A DNA stretch of 64,000 nt from Octopus vulgaris (GCA_951406725.2 OX597835.1:47988001-48052000); one strand, 5' to 3'. Positions 26,400 through 40,621 are shown, numbered from the stretch's first letter. Notes: generated by a model not told the origin, from the sequence alone. Program-made: numbers and translations.

Positions 26400-27620
26400 T
26401 TGTAGACATTGGTAAAAGTCCCAAAGAATTCCTGTAGCACTCTCAATGCCTCGATGAGACGAACTGAAAGACGTTGTGTCGTTGGTTGCCTGGCCTTGAT
26501 GAATCGTCCGATCCGAGCACCAAAGAAGAAAACTAATTGGCTGCCCGGAACGTCCGAAATATGTACCAGTATGGAAGATTGGTGCAGCTACTTCAAAAAT
26601 TTGACCACTACTGACTGAATATTCTGGGACTTAGTGAAATGTGCTGGAAGGGTTAAAGGTGCCTTGTCGTGTCTGCGCTTGTACTCTTCTGCGCTTGTAC
26701 TTTTCTACGCCTGTACTGTTTCTGCGTAAGGCTACCACGAGCGCTAATGATATGAGTCATGGTTTTGACCTTTCTCCCACACATTCCACGGATGTTCATT
26801 GCACTTGTGTGCTATATATCTGTTTTCTCTGGGATGATATTCAATGCCTGGCCCTGGGCAACGATGATGAAACTTTCAGCCCCCTTTTAAAGGTCACCTT
26901 TTCTAAGCTATATCCATGAAGCTTCATAATCTTTTAAGTTGTTAGTTTCGCGTCGGACTGACATGTAATACCAAATGGAGCAGTGTTTGTTCTCTCGTCG
27001 GCTATTCGTGATTGGAATTCATCAGAACACTCAAGTCGAATTTTGGTAAATCCTTCTGCGTTGGCAGGCCTTGTTCGCTGTTTACCAGATATTCCGTCAA
27101 GTTTCTTCTCTCACAGCCTATGCACTCCTGTACGCTTATCAAGCCCCGTCCGCCTTTACTCCTCTTCCTGTACATCCTGTGTACGTTCGCCCAAGGGGAG
27201 AGAGCACCATGTATTATCCTCAGCTTTCGGGTTGTGCGTTTCAGTTGGTCAATCTCCGCTCGCGTCCATTTCAGAATGGGTATATTAAAAAGAACAGCAG
27301 CAACAACCCCTATATTGATAGCAACCACAAGAAGATTGCGGGGCTTGAAACATGCAGCAAAGACCTTGTCTTTCACTTCTCTGTGCAAGATATTGTCCAG
27401 CTCCAGGCTCTCACATTATGATACTTGTAGCCATCATCATCTCGGTCTCCCATGTGCTTTGCATTTGGCAATTCTCTGCCCTTACAATCTGTTCTTTTCT
27501 CTCGTTTCAAAGCGAGCACAGCACACTTTGAGATTCCGAATTTCACTTCTGTGTCCTTGCTGCACATCTGTACAGTCTCACTCAGTCTTTCCACTTCAGT
27601 TTCTGTTTTGCTAACGATTT
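26400..27620 (-). pseudogene. Old, degraded R4/Dong-type (RLE) non-LTR retrotransposon fragment
   Basis: VKFGISKCAVL; AINIGVVA..ILKWTRAEIDQLKRTTRKL..HGALSP.ANVHRMYRKRSKGGRGLISVQE; downstream remnant ..THIISA.. and YKRRHDK. Confidence 0.8.
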
Positions 27621-27753
27621 TAATGATCCATGAAAAGATAGGTGAGACGAGGTTCATTCTGCCACGACTCGGGAGCGCGTAAACTTTGCGTACAGCTACA
27701 GAAAGTAGGCTATAACAAATAGCAAGGGTGAACAAGAATCTATTATTATTGTA

Positions 27754-28832
27754 ATTGAGTGAGAGAGCAAAGAAGCTCATTCTATGCATTCCCAGATTAC
27801 ACACGCAAATTCACAGGTAAAATATGTATTTAAAAAATTAATAAATAAATAAATTCATGAATGGATGTTGTTTTCACAGCGATAATGCTCTTCTCAGTAC
27901 ATGAGTCGTTCCAGTTAACACCCTGTTAACACCCCTGTAGGGATGGTAAACCTGGTATCATTTTCAAATAGGTTTCAGTACCTTTTTTTTTTTATCATTC
28001 CTGGAGATCCTACAATCACTGGTACTGTAGTCGCCTTGAGATGCCACATTTTTTCAATTTCTATTAGCAAGTCTTTATATTTACTGATCTTGTCAAATTC
28101 TTTCGTCGCTATATTGTGATCGCAAGGAATACTCATGTCAATTAATAAACACACCTTTTTTTGTCTGATCTTTTATAACAATATCCGGTTTATTAGCTTT
28201 TATAGTTTTGTCGGTATGTACGGGGAAGTCCCATAGAATCGATACATTTTCTCCCTCAGTCACAGCTTCAGGATGGTGTTTATACCATTACTCAGCGGTT
28301 TTGATTTTATAATGGCGACATATTGTCCAGTGTAAATACTGGCCGACTCTGTCATGTCTTGCTTTATATTCTACAGATGCTAAGACTCTACATCCTGAGA
28401 TTAGGTGAGCTATAGTTTCAATCTCATTGTTACTGAATCGACATTTTGAGTCAGCTCCATTATTTATCACATTGGCTTAGTAGTTCCGGGTTAATAAGCT
28501 TTGGTCTTGAGCAGCTAATATGAAACCTTCACTCTCAACTTTTAAACCTGAGCTGCGTAGCCATTGGAGCATATGTTTCTAGTCGACATCAGCTTGTTTG
28601 CTACGGGTCACATACTTGCCATGCAGAGGTTTGTTCCCATCTGCTAACTAATTTTTCAAGTGCTTTTGTCTTTGCAATTAATTTTATTTTCTTTGCAGCA
28701 GCAGTTGGCACATTTCCTTCAACCTGATCAATCTGGTAGGTATCTAAGAGATCAGTAGCGAATTTTTTGCTTTCTTTCAGAATAGAGTGAATTTTTTTCG
28801 GTCTTTCATGTTTTTCAGCAAGTTTTAGCATC
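27754..28832 (-). mobile_element. 5'-truncated R4/Dong-type LINE (CCHC knuckle + restriction-like endonuclease + 3' UTR) in (TAA)n
   Basis: ESEGFILAAQDQSLLT; CRFSNNEIETIAHLISGC..EYKARHDRVGQYLHW; WDFPVHTDKTIKANKPDIV; IDMSIPCD..KEFDKISKYKDL. TAA repeats at both ends. Confidence 0.9.
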
Positions 28833-28833
28833 C

Positions 28834-28880
<47 letters not shown>

Positions 28881-28883
<3 letters not shown>

Positions 28884-29396
28884 GAGTGAGAGAGCAGTGC
28901 CTATCATCAAAGTGACACTGGGGGAAAATATACGAAGCCCAGTATACCCAACATGACTACTCGTCTGATAAGGGTACATCAGACAAATGCATCTCAACCA
29001 TTTGTGCGCGTCATGGTGATCTCATATCAAGATAAACAGCGCATGACCTTGCAGGTGGGGCCCAGTTAGAATTTTCTTCAGGTTGAGTAGCCCATCCCGC
29101 TCAAAAGGTCCCTGAATAAGGGTTGTTTAAGGATGTTGAAAGAACCACCCATGTTTCCAGAGGTGAATTATTCAAACCCCAAAGAACCCCTCTCAACACA
29201 TAGCTATGATGCTCCCCCACTACTTCTGCTCGTGATCAGAGATGCACATATCGTCAGACACTAAGGGACACGCTCAACTGGTTACGGTCAAACAACTGAC
29301 AAGCAAATCTGTGGTACTGAGCAGAATATTTGCCGTAGCCCATCTTTTTATACCAAGACAAAACAATGTACATGATAACACTTCTAATCACTTAAG
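28881..29396 (-). mobile_element. Putative non-autonomous partner of the R4/Dong LINE
   Basis: About 515-bp non-coding unit flanked by (TTA)n on both sides; shares the terminal 16-mer ATTGAGTGAGAGAGCA with the LINE 3' end at 27754-27769. Confidence 0.65.
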
Positions 29397-29403
29397 ATTA
29401 TTA

Positions 29404-29464
<61 letters not shown>

Positions 29465-29466
29465 CA

Positions 29467-29538
<72 letters not shown>

Positions 29539-29941
29539 TCTTGCCAGAGGTATCCTTTCTTTTAATTCTTTTTCTCATAGTCGTAGTACTGGTCGTATTG
29601 TCGTCATCACCATCCTCTTCGGCGCCATTGTCTGTCTCTCTTCCTCCTCCTCCTCCTCCTCCACCCACCTCATCATCATCATCTCTGTCTTCGGTTTTTC
29701 CATTATTCCCACCGTCGTCATCGTTGTTGTTTACGACGTCGTATTTGACATCACCATCATCACCATGACTTATAGTATATTGTGTTTGCATAACGAAGAA
29801 CCTCGTCCCTACAAATCTAAATCATGTTTGCAGACCAGCCCCGGGAGTGCGTCTAATATGCAAATCGGTATATCCAACAACTTGACACCACTGTATGTGG
29901 TGGCTGTATAAGCAATGTGTTCGGAGGTAATAGTGAGTTAG

Positions 29942-29993
29942 ATGAGTGCTGATGAAAGGGCAATAACCCCCGAAATATGGCGTAAGCACTCAT
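29942..29993 (+). ncRNA. Degenerate hammerhead ribozyme
   Basis: ATGAGTG-CTGATGA-AAGGG-caataa-CCCCC-GAAA-TATGGCG-TA-AGCACTCAT. The 9-bp inverted repeat ATGAGTGCT/AGCACTCAT suggests loss of a CT before the core. Confidence 0.55.
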
Positions 29994-30786
29994 TACCCAC
30001 TTTCGTCTTCGATCACATTGTCTGTTTACATCTGTCGTCTCGATATGAAATGTTGCAGCGAAAATCGGCGCTGGCTGTAAATTCTATGGAACTGCTGTAG
30101 AAATAACCATAACAAAATAATGTAACAACACCCAATAGAATGTGATAGTGTGTTATGAAAACATTGAATATACTTTACAGAATATTGTGTTTGCCTAACG
30201 AAGTAGCATGTACCTACAAATCGTTGTCCCCTTCGTCGCCATCATTATCATATCTCGGTCGTCTGCTTAGCCGTCATGGCCACTGTCATCATGGCCACTG
30301 TCATCATGGCCGTCGTTATCGTTTCCGTACTCGCAGTCGATATCATCATCATCATCATCATCGTCGTCGTCGTCGTCGTCATCGTCCTCATTATAATCTT
30401 CGACCCCATTTTAATCATTATAATCACCATCGTCTTCTATTCAATCCGTTGTAAAAATAAACAGAACACTATTTCAAAGACTTTGTTCAAATTTCTCTTC
30501 AACTAAAATCTATTTCCGTTTAAGTAACCACCCATTCATTGTGTTACGAGAATATATAATATCCAATCATAAATATATATGCATATATAATTTCACACAC
30601 ACACACACACACATACGCCCTCACATCACATGCACTCACAAATACACATAGGTATATGTGTATACATGTATTTGTATAGATATACATATAAATACACACA
30701 CATACACATATATATTGTGCAAGGATGCAAGCGCACGTATATATGCATAAATATACACATATATACATATATATGCGTATATATAT

Positions 30787-30846
<60 letters not shown>

Positions 30847-31339
30847 AAGATAACAACAACGACGACGTCAACAGCACCAGAACACAAAGCGTCTCATAAT
30901 TTCACTTTCCGCAAATAAGCGTTCCCATTAGGAATTACAAACTTCTTGAAATAACCCCTCGCCTCTGCCCTTCCTCACACCTATGCTTGTTGGTCAACAT
31001 TTATTCATATACTCAAAGCTTTTAGACCAACATAATTTTATCTTCTTCTCCACATATGCAACCTACAACGTTTATCCAATAATATGCCTGTCTTTTCCGT
31101 AATGACATTTCAACTCAGCAGAATTCTTGATTCTTGACACTGTCTCACCGTCTCCAGGTCAACTGCTCTTAATTGCCATTTCATAATAATGATTCACTTT
31201 CCAGACGCGGGGATTATTTTAATAATTCAACAATTTATATTGTGTGTTATTTGAAATAACTCTCCTTCTCTCTGCTGTTCATGTCACTAGCCACCATGAC
31301 TTATTTCTCTCCGTTCATTTTTGTTTAAATTACATATAT

Positions 31340-31495
31340 TACCGTCACTTAGCGGTTCGGCAAAAGAGACCGATAGAATAAGTACTGGGCTTACAAAGAA
31401 TAAGTCCCGGGGTTGATTTGCTCGACTAAAGGCGGTGCTCCAGCATGGCCGCAGTCAAATGACTGAAACAAGTAAAAGAGTAAAAGAGTAACGAG
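31340..31495 (+). mobile_element. SINE family A 3' half
   Basis: CTTAGCGGTTCGGCAAAAGAGACCGATAGAATAAGTACT...GACTGAAACAAGTAAAAGAGTAAAAGAGTA. Confidence 0.9.
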
Positions 31496-31567
31496 TATTA
31501 TAAATATTTTGTGCTATTTATGTATGAGTTTAAGACCTCCGGCTATTGGCAATAGGTTGGTCAAATT

Positions 31568-31612
31568 GTCTTGCTGATGAGGCCCACAGGATCAGAAACA
31601 CATGTCCACGAC
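31568..31612 (+). ncRNA. Type I hammerhead ribozyme (partly decayed stems)
   Basis: gtcttg-CTGATGA-GGCCC-aca-GGATC-A-GAAA-CACATG-TC-cacgac; stem I 5 of 6 bp, GUC triplet. Confidence 0.62.
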
Positions 31613-32598
31613 TCTGCCCTTATTTTTAGACAACACTCCGTCCTTTTCCTTAATATATCAGTCGTGGAGAATTCCTCCGATTACCTCTCTTTCTCAAATT
31701 GAGTTGGTCGTAATTGCCGTTTGGTAACTAAGACACATCTTCTGGGGCCGGGCGTAATTCTAATAAATTAAGAACCTAAGTTGTATGGTATTTGATATAC
31801 CTGTATTTGTCTATGTCTACCCATCAACGGTGTATAACTACAGCTCTACCTGTTCAATCAACGTAGGTTTCTCTGTGTTACGGTGTCTCAACCACTTTTT
31901 ATCTATGGACCGTTTCATAGAAATTCTTTGAAAACTCCTGTTTCGTTTCTCAGACATTGTTAATCTTTGTTAATTGTGCAGGTTGAACTATGTGAACTGT
32001 CAGAGATAGAAACGTATCTGTTTCTTGTAATACGTACATGTAAAACCAGGGCTCTTTAAATTCTATTGTGGATACTCAATTTACTCTTTTGTAATGCGGA
32101 ACCTCAAAAAACTTTTATAGACCCTCAGGGGTTATATTGAATCCGGCTTAGAACCTCTGTTTATATAATAAACAACGAAACTTACATCACATATAACCTC
32201 CAGCTGACCACTAGTGAGTTATCCGTTCCCTTATTCTATCCCGACTAAATCATAGCCACACCCTAAACTACCCGCACAACCAACAGCTCGAAACGCTTGC
32301 GAAGAATCGCTAACGTTGTGGTTGGCCACGGTTTGGATTGCAAAGGGAAGGGTATAATTACGAAGACACCGCAACATGACACATATGACAGAAAGTCCGT
32401 TAACTCGTATGATTAAATGGGATTAACCTGCGAGCGCAAGGCATGGGGGTTCTTAGATGCTGTGCAAGTGTGTGTATGTGTGTATGTGTGTATGTGTGTA
32501 TGTTGGAGGGCCGTAGTCAATGATATATGTGCATACAAATATATATATATAAATACACATACATATACATATGTACACACACACACACACACATATAT

Positions 32599-32725
<127 letters not shown>

Positions 32726-33136
32726 TGCTCTAGTCGACGAAATCGAACTCTGGATTTGTTTTTTGTAAGCCTGGTACTTATTCTATCGTTATCTTGTGCC
32801 GAACCTCTAGGTTACGTGGATGCAAACACACCAACTTCAGTTGTCAAGCGATGTTGGGAAGTGGGGGACGAACACAGACACAAAGACACACAACTGCACA
32901 CGCACATATACATTATATACGACGGGCTTCTTTCAGTTTCCGTCTACCCGGAAACATATGCTTGGGATGCAAGCTTCTTACCACACAGCCACGCCTGCTC
33001 CTTTACAAATATGTGTGTGCGCGCGCGCGTATGTGTGTGTGTGCATTGTATTGATATAGAAATATATAATATGCTGTCTATATCTATCTACTTATCTATC
33101 TATACACATACATATATTTCCACAACTTACACTGCA

Positions 33137-33193
<57 letters not shown>

Positions 33194-33598
33194 AGATATA
33201 TATAAGCATGTGTGTGTATGTGTAAAAGACATACGGGCCATGAGATGGGCCCTGTTCGTTTGTCATTTAAAACACAACCGCAGACGAGCGTTAGATAAAT
33301 AATGATTTAAGATATAAAAATCGTGTCTTTTTTTGTTGATTATGCTACTTTTTATTTACATATTTTTTTAATTTTGTCTGTCAGTCAGTCTGCCTGCTTC
33401 ATTTTGCCGACAAAAGTAAAATGCCGAATACGTAATGATAGAGGGCGCAGGTGGATAATTAAAGAGGAGGATACGCGCAATAGACATACGAGTTTTAGAA
33501 CACAGACATCCACCCATCCACATCTCTATACATACACAAACCTATACCCACATTAAGAGAGCGATAGATAGATAGACACAGATAGATAGATAGATAGG

Positions 33599-33784
<186 letters not shown>

Positions 33785-34151
33785 TAGAGGGAACGGAGGT
33801 GGGAGAGAGTAAAAAGGAAGTGATATAGAGGGAAACAAACTGTTCAGGGTCAGTCCTGATGATTCTGTGAGTTCTGAGTAAAAATTCGATTATGCTTTTC
33901 ATCTGTTCGAGATCGATAAAATAAGTACCAATTCAGCTTCTGGGTCGATTCTCCACTCTTGCCCCGAAAACGATTGCTTTGTGCGTATATATATCCACAG
34001 AAAAGTGAGTACACATAAGCATATGACTTTACGCCCAAATGTTAATACCCACATATAACTCGGGCGTGTATCTACGACTCTAGCCACAGCCAACCAAACC
34101 TTTCTCAGAAGAGTCTGTAGATGAAAGTCAGTCGTATATATATATATAATA

Positions 34152-35344
34152 TTGGGTTGGGAACTAAGTTCTATCCGTTTTGTAAATTTAAATTTTTTAA
34201 AAGGTTTAATAAAAAATAACAACTAATTAATCAATAATGTTTTCCCCCTTGTTGTTTACAACTTCTCAACGTTCAACAAGATTTTCAGTACCTCATTGGT
34301 AGAAATGACCCGAGTTTGACTCGAAACATTGATGCTACCAAGCTCTCAATTCTGCATCAGTATTGAACGAAACTCCGCGCATAGCATTTGAAAGAGATCA
34401 AAGAAGTGGAAATCCGTTGGTGCCAAATCAGGAGAGTACGGCGGGTGTGGCAGCACTTCCCAGCCATGCGTTTGAATGGGTTCCTTGGCCATATTGGCGT
34501 TGTCGCGCAGCAGAAGAGCTCCATGCTGCATTATAGGCGTTTTCTCTTGAATAGTCGTGTTGAGTCGTTCCATCTGTTGAATAGAGTTCCGCGTTGATCG
34601 ATTGGTTCCGTTCAAGCAATTCGTAATGGAAAATCCCTTCGCAGTCCCACCATACGCACAACATCGCTTTACGCGGATGAAGATCTTGTTTCACGCGCCG
34701 TGTCGCTTGTTTACCGGGGCTAAGCCATTGCTTACGCTGCTTCATGTTGATGTACAGGCACCATTTTCCGTCGCCACTAACGATTTGGTAAGGAAATCGT
34801 TGCTTGTGTCCATGAGTTGAGCGGTGACGAGCAAGCAAACCAGCGGAGATTGTGGCTCATTGATTTTTGTTGTTGTTGTCACTTAAAGCATGCGGAACCT
34901 ATGCTCAATACATCTGAACTGTTCCCATCTAGGGAAGATGCTTCGCTATAGCAGTTCCCTTTTTGCTTGACGAGAATTTTCGTGCAAAAGATGGTTTAAT
35001 CGCTCTTCATTAAACTGAACTGGACGGTCAGAACGAGGTGCGTTTTTGAGGTCAAAATTGAGGTCCATTTTTGAACTTGGCATACCCATCACGAGCGGTT
35101 CTTCCAGCTATGGCATCCTCTCCATACACAGCACAAATGTCGCAAGCAGCTTTTGCGGCGTTACAATCTTGATTAAAAGCAAAAAGAAGGAGGTGTCGAA
35201 AATGGTCGTTTTTCTTAACTTGACATTGCATTTTAATGATCTGAAAATAAAAAATAACTAAAATTAACTAGAAAAAAACCCCAAACAAACAAAAACAAAG
35301 TAGATTCCAGAATAAAAAAAAACGGGGGGATCTTAGTTGCCAAC

Positions 35345-35348
<4 letters not shown>
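34152..35348 (-). mobile_element. Mariner transposon (mellifera-subfamily-like TIRs), defective transposase
   Basis: TIRs TTGGGTTGGGAACTAAG / CTTAGTTGCCAACCCAA with TA flanks; motifs *VPHAL, IVSGDGKWCLY and HPPYSPDLAPTDFHFF, with frameshifts. Confidence 0.92.
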
Positions 35349-35410
<62 letters not shown>

Positions 35411-35901
35411 TTCTATATATACATATCTTTTAATGGATGAATGTGAGTTTGCCCTTTAATTGGTGTAGTTTCCGATGGTTTCTAGCGTTGTTTCTTCATA
35501 ATTTATTATTAAATTTACTTCTGTAAATTTGTTTAGGTATAAAAACTTACAGAAATAATCCGTATATGATTTAATATATTAAATACAGCTCAACAGATTC
35601 ATTCATATTTATGTAACGGCGGAGTTTAGATGTTAAAATGGATTATAGTCTTTATTATTCATGTTGCTATACAATTTGTTTCGTACAAAGAGAAAATCAG
35701 AATAGTCAAATTTGTACTCGTTGGTAGCTGGAATAAAAGCTAAAAAAAGACGTTAGAAGTTCATAGATTTTCCCTTAGTAATCATATTTTAATGATGTGT
35801 TCGTTCTTGTAGTCATTCTTATTTTAAATATGAATATACAGAATACATACATACATATAAACGTACACACATAAATACATACATACATACATACATACAC
35901 G

Positions 35902-35978
<77 letters not shown>

Positions 35979-35981
<3 letters not shown>

Positions 35982-36266
35982 AGAATAAAGCAACAAAAAT
36001 GGACCAATATTTCGGTACAATTGTTTCGTACGAAGACTAGCTTTATTAAGGCTGCAAATATTGCAGCAAATACAAGTTACCCGTACTCATCAGCCGAAAA
36101 AACATCTGAGTTCTCCAAACATCTAAGGGGGTTAGGCTACACTCCTGAAACATCAGGGATAGTTCTATAAAAATCAGATTTAGATAATAAACGGACTTCC
36201 AAAGCTGGTCTTCGTACGAAACAATTGTACCGAAATATTGATCCATCTTTGTTGCTTTTTTCTTGT
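35979..36266. repeat. Inverted repeat (66-bp arms, 4 mismatches, 156-bp spacer) of a Penelope-type cassette
   Basis: 35979-36044 is the reverse complement of 36201-36266; bounded by (TA)n. Confidence 0.9.
36010..36099 (-). ncRNA. Type I hammerhead ribozyme, fully canonical
   Basis: Minus: tttcgg-CTGATGA-GTACGGG...TTCGTAC-GAAA-CAATTG-TA-ccgaaa; stem I 6 bp, stem II 7 bp with G10.1-C11.1, palindromic stem III, GUA triplet. Confidence 0.88.
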
Positions 36267-36382
36267 TTATAATCACCCCGCATTATCTTATGGTTAACAC
36301 CATATAGATTTCTGGTGCATCTAAGTTAAGTACCGCATTCATGTGAATTCAACAGAACTCACTTGAATCTTAATTGCTTTTA

Positions 36383-36451
<69 letters not shown>

Positions 36452-36796
36452 CATACACATATACATGCTTATACACTCATACATGCGTACATACATACAT
36501 TCATACATATATATGTGTATGCGCACGCACACTGAACCACACATACGCGCACAACCAAACAAAAAGAACGTAGTTCTTATAATGGACAGAGTCAACGATT
36601 ATTGAAAAAGTTGCAAGACGCAACGAAAATCTTAGGAAAAATATAAAAGAAAATGAGTGGAAACTGAACTGGTGAGTGTGTTGAACTGTAAGGCATTAAA
36701 AGAGAATGACTCTCCCCAGCCACAACAAAATATGTTTCAACACACGTATTCACATAAAGAATCTTGCAAACCAAATCCAAAAATGAAATATATCTA

Positions 36797-37093
36797 TATG
36801 TATGTATGTATGCATGTATGTATGTATGTATGTATGTATGTATGTATGTATGTATGTATGTATGTATGTATGTATGCATGTATGTATGTGTGTGTGTATG
36901 TATGTATGTATGTATGTATGCATGTATGTATGTATGTATGTATGTATGTATGTATGTATGTATGTATGTATGTATGTATGTATGTATGCATGTATGTATG
37001 TATGTATGTATGTATGTATGTATGTATGTATGTATGTATGTATGTATGTATGTATGTATGTATGTATGCATGTATGTATGTGTGTGTGTATGT
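36797..37093. repeat. (TATG)n microsatellite with periodic variants
   Basis: Direct reading. Confidence 0.95.
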
Positions 37094-37391
37094 AAATATA
37101 TCTTGGTATATCTGATGTTGAGAAGCTCGTAAGTGCGTGGGAGCGTTTGTACTTCATAATTATCCTTTCTACAGGAGGCTCAAGGCCTCATATTTGTGGG
37201 AATAGTACTGGTCGATTACATCGACCCCGAAAGAATGACAGACAACGTCGACCTCGGCGGAATTTGAACTCAGAACGTAGCGACGGATGAAATACAGCTA
37301 AGCATTTCGTCCGGCGTGCTAATGATTCTGCCAGCTCGCCGCCTTTTTTGTACTACACAATTATGGGCTTACGAGTGCATACATAAGTGTA

Positions 37392-37460
<69 letters not shown>

Positions 37461-37465
37461 GTCTG

Positions 37466-37544
<79 letters not shown>

Positions 37545-37545
37545 G

Positions 37546-37613
<68 letters not shown>

Positions 37614-37614
37614 A

Positions 37615-37645
<31 letters not shown>

Positions 37646-38623
37646 TGTATGTATGTATGTATGTATGTATGTATGTATGTATGTATGTATATATGTATGT
37701 ATGTATGTATATGTACATGAATGTATCGCTTAGCTAGCCGAAACTTCGAAATTACAGTCAATAGTGTTCTTGTAAAATAATAATAGAACTGTGCTCTACA
37801 AATGCATGGAGCAACCCTTCCGATTGGTTTAAAATTGATTTGATTTTAACTAAACATAAACATAAAGCAAACGAGATTGGGTGGGGGTATGTGTATGTGG
37901 AGGGATGGGGTTGTATGTGTGTGTACGTGTGTTTGTGTGGGGGGTTGTATGTGTATATGTATGGCTAATTATGTATATGTATATGTATGGTTAATTAACC
38001 ACCAGTGTGTAGATTAATTAATCATTGTGACCTGTACCTCAACGACACTATCACCGCCACTATCACCGCCACCACGCTTTTACAGTTATATCAACTACTG
38101 CCCATACATGTCCGTTTCTAATGTGGTAGCTACGAACTGGCATTACCTTACGACCACACCACACCACACCAGAGCGCACAAGACCACCACCACCACTACC
38201 ACCACTACCACAACCACCGACAAACGCCCGCTATTGTGGCCACCACTACATTTTTAGCCAACCACCATCACACGCCCACTTCATTATCAACCAGCATCGT
38301 AGGTTCTTTGTAGTAACCTCCACAACCACCGCCGCCATCACCACCGCCACCACCACCACAACCACCACCGCGACTACTACTACTGCTACTACTACTACTA
38401 CTACTACCACCAGCATTCACACAGAGGGAGCAGCTGTTTATGAAGTGGTCCATCGAAGGTAATTAACGATGTCGGCGGTAGGTCGATGGCGTGTAGGGGG
38501 TGTGCAGTGGTTGGCGGAGGTGCTAGGCAGGTATATATGTGTGTGTGTGTATTTATTTATGCATGTATGTATGGACGAATGGATATCTGTGTATGTATGT
38601 ATGTATGTATATATTTATGTAAG

Positions 38624-38661
<38 letters not shown>

Positions 38662-40269
38662 TATACACATACATACATGCTTGCATTTATGCATATACAT
38701 GCATACATGCATATGAATATATATATATATATATGCATTTTATATATATATGTGTGTGTGTGTATATATGTATATATATATAAATACATATATATATACA
38801 CACACATACATATACATTATATATTTATATATACACACATCGCTTATCTTTTCCTCCTTCTTCCTCCTTCTCTTCTTCTTCCTCTTTATCCTCTGTCTCC
38901 TTCTTTTCTTCCTTCTTCCTCTCAACGTTACCGTATTTCTGACTGTTGTCCTTGTCGTTGTAATTATTCTGCTGCGTCGTCGTCATCGCCGTCATCTTCA
39001 TCATCACCACCACCACCACCACTATCTTCGTCCTCATCATCGTACACACTGCTTTCCAGAATTATGCTCCGCCTCTTTACGCCCTGATTTTAAATCCGGC
39101 CGGTCAGACTTGCTTTTCCAGCATCCCTCTAGCGGCAAAATAATGTACCAGTCATGTAATGGTGGCTGTGGTGATTTACTCGTTTGATACCGCTCACCCT
39201 CCAGCACATACCAGGCCTGCTGTCTGCGCAGAAAACACTGCATGTCCTCTGGCTGGCAAATTTCTTAGTGCGACCTACAACACAAGCTTCACTTTATATT
39301 TCATTTCACCTGACTTTATAACGTAATTGCTTTTTCTTGTATTGTTTCTCTCCCTACTTAACCCTGAGTTCAATCCCTACGATAGTTAGTTTTACCGTCG
39401 TGCTTCTAAGATTAATAAAATACATACGTAAACGCAATTTTGTGCACCACTCAAGACCCCGCCAACTTGAGATCTTTGGCCTCATGTGGGGTTCATCATA
39501 ATATTATAATTCATTTAAATATTAAACACCTAAATGCTGATAACCATTGATATATATGTGGCAGAATCGTTAGCCTGGCGGGCAAAATGCTTCGTGACAT
39601 TTTGCCTGTCTTTACGTCCTAAGATCCAATTTCACCGAAGATAACTTGCATCTTATCCTACCGGAGTCGATAGAATAAGTACCAGTTGCGAACTGGGGTC
39701 CATGTAATTAATTTATTCCCTCCCTCAAGATTACTGGCCCTGTACCAACATTTGAAATAATTTTCTCGCTCAATAAGGGCGGCAAGCTGGCAGAATCGTT
39801 AGCACGCCGGACAAAATGTTTAGCGGCATTATTTCGTCCGTCTTCAATTTCTGAGTTCATATTCCGCCAAGGTCGACTTTGCAATTCATCCTTTCGGCGT
39901 CAATGTCAACCACTTACACCGCCACAGAAAGTACCAAAACGATACTTCATCGCTAAATATATTAGATTTATCATCGTTATTTGGACCCTAAATTATTTAC
40001 TTTCGTTTTATTTAATTGGGGGCGGGAAAAACAGGCACATGACCTTTGAAAGAGCCGGCAAACCTGGTCTAAAAACTTTCAATGGAGTGGATTCTGCTAA
40101 TGACACCTGTGTTATCATTTAGTGTTATGAAGCAACTGACACAAATGTTCCATGGCAGGATGTGAACTCAGAACTTCCAGCTTTTATGAACATTGAAAAA
40201 GTGAAAGTTTACATTTAATCACATCGAACTCAGAGCGCACATATTCGAAACAGGCCCCACGAGGTAATC

Positions 40270-40530
40270 TTTTCTCTTGAATAGCCGTGTTGAGTCGTTC
40301 CATCTGTTGAACATAGAGTTCCGCGTTGACCATTTGGTTCCGTTCAAGCAATTCGTAATGGATAATCCCTTCCCAGTCCCGCAATACGCACTACATCGTT
40401 TTACACGGATGAAGATCTTTTTTCACGCGCGTTGTCGCTTGTTCACCGGGGCTAAGCCATTCCTTACGCTGCTTCATATTAATGTACAGGCACCATTTTT
40501 CGTCGCCAGTAACGATTCGGTAAAGAAATC
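40270..40530 (-). mobile_element. Internal fragment of the same mariner family as 34152-35348
   Basis: RFLYRIVTGDEKWCLYINMKQRKEWLSPG..WEGIIHYELLERNQMVNAELYVQQMERL. Confidence 0.88.
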
Positions 40531-40621
40531 GAAACCGCGTCTTCATATTTGGAAGCGAAATTCTAAACCAAAAAGCGAAGCAAAGCACATATTTTATCAA
40601 ATGTGTATATGCATGTATATA

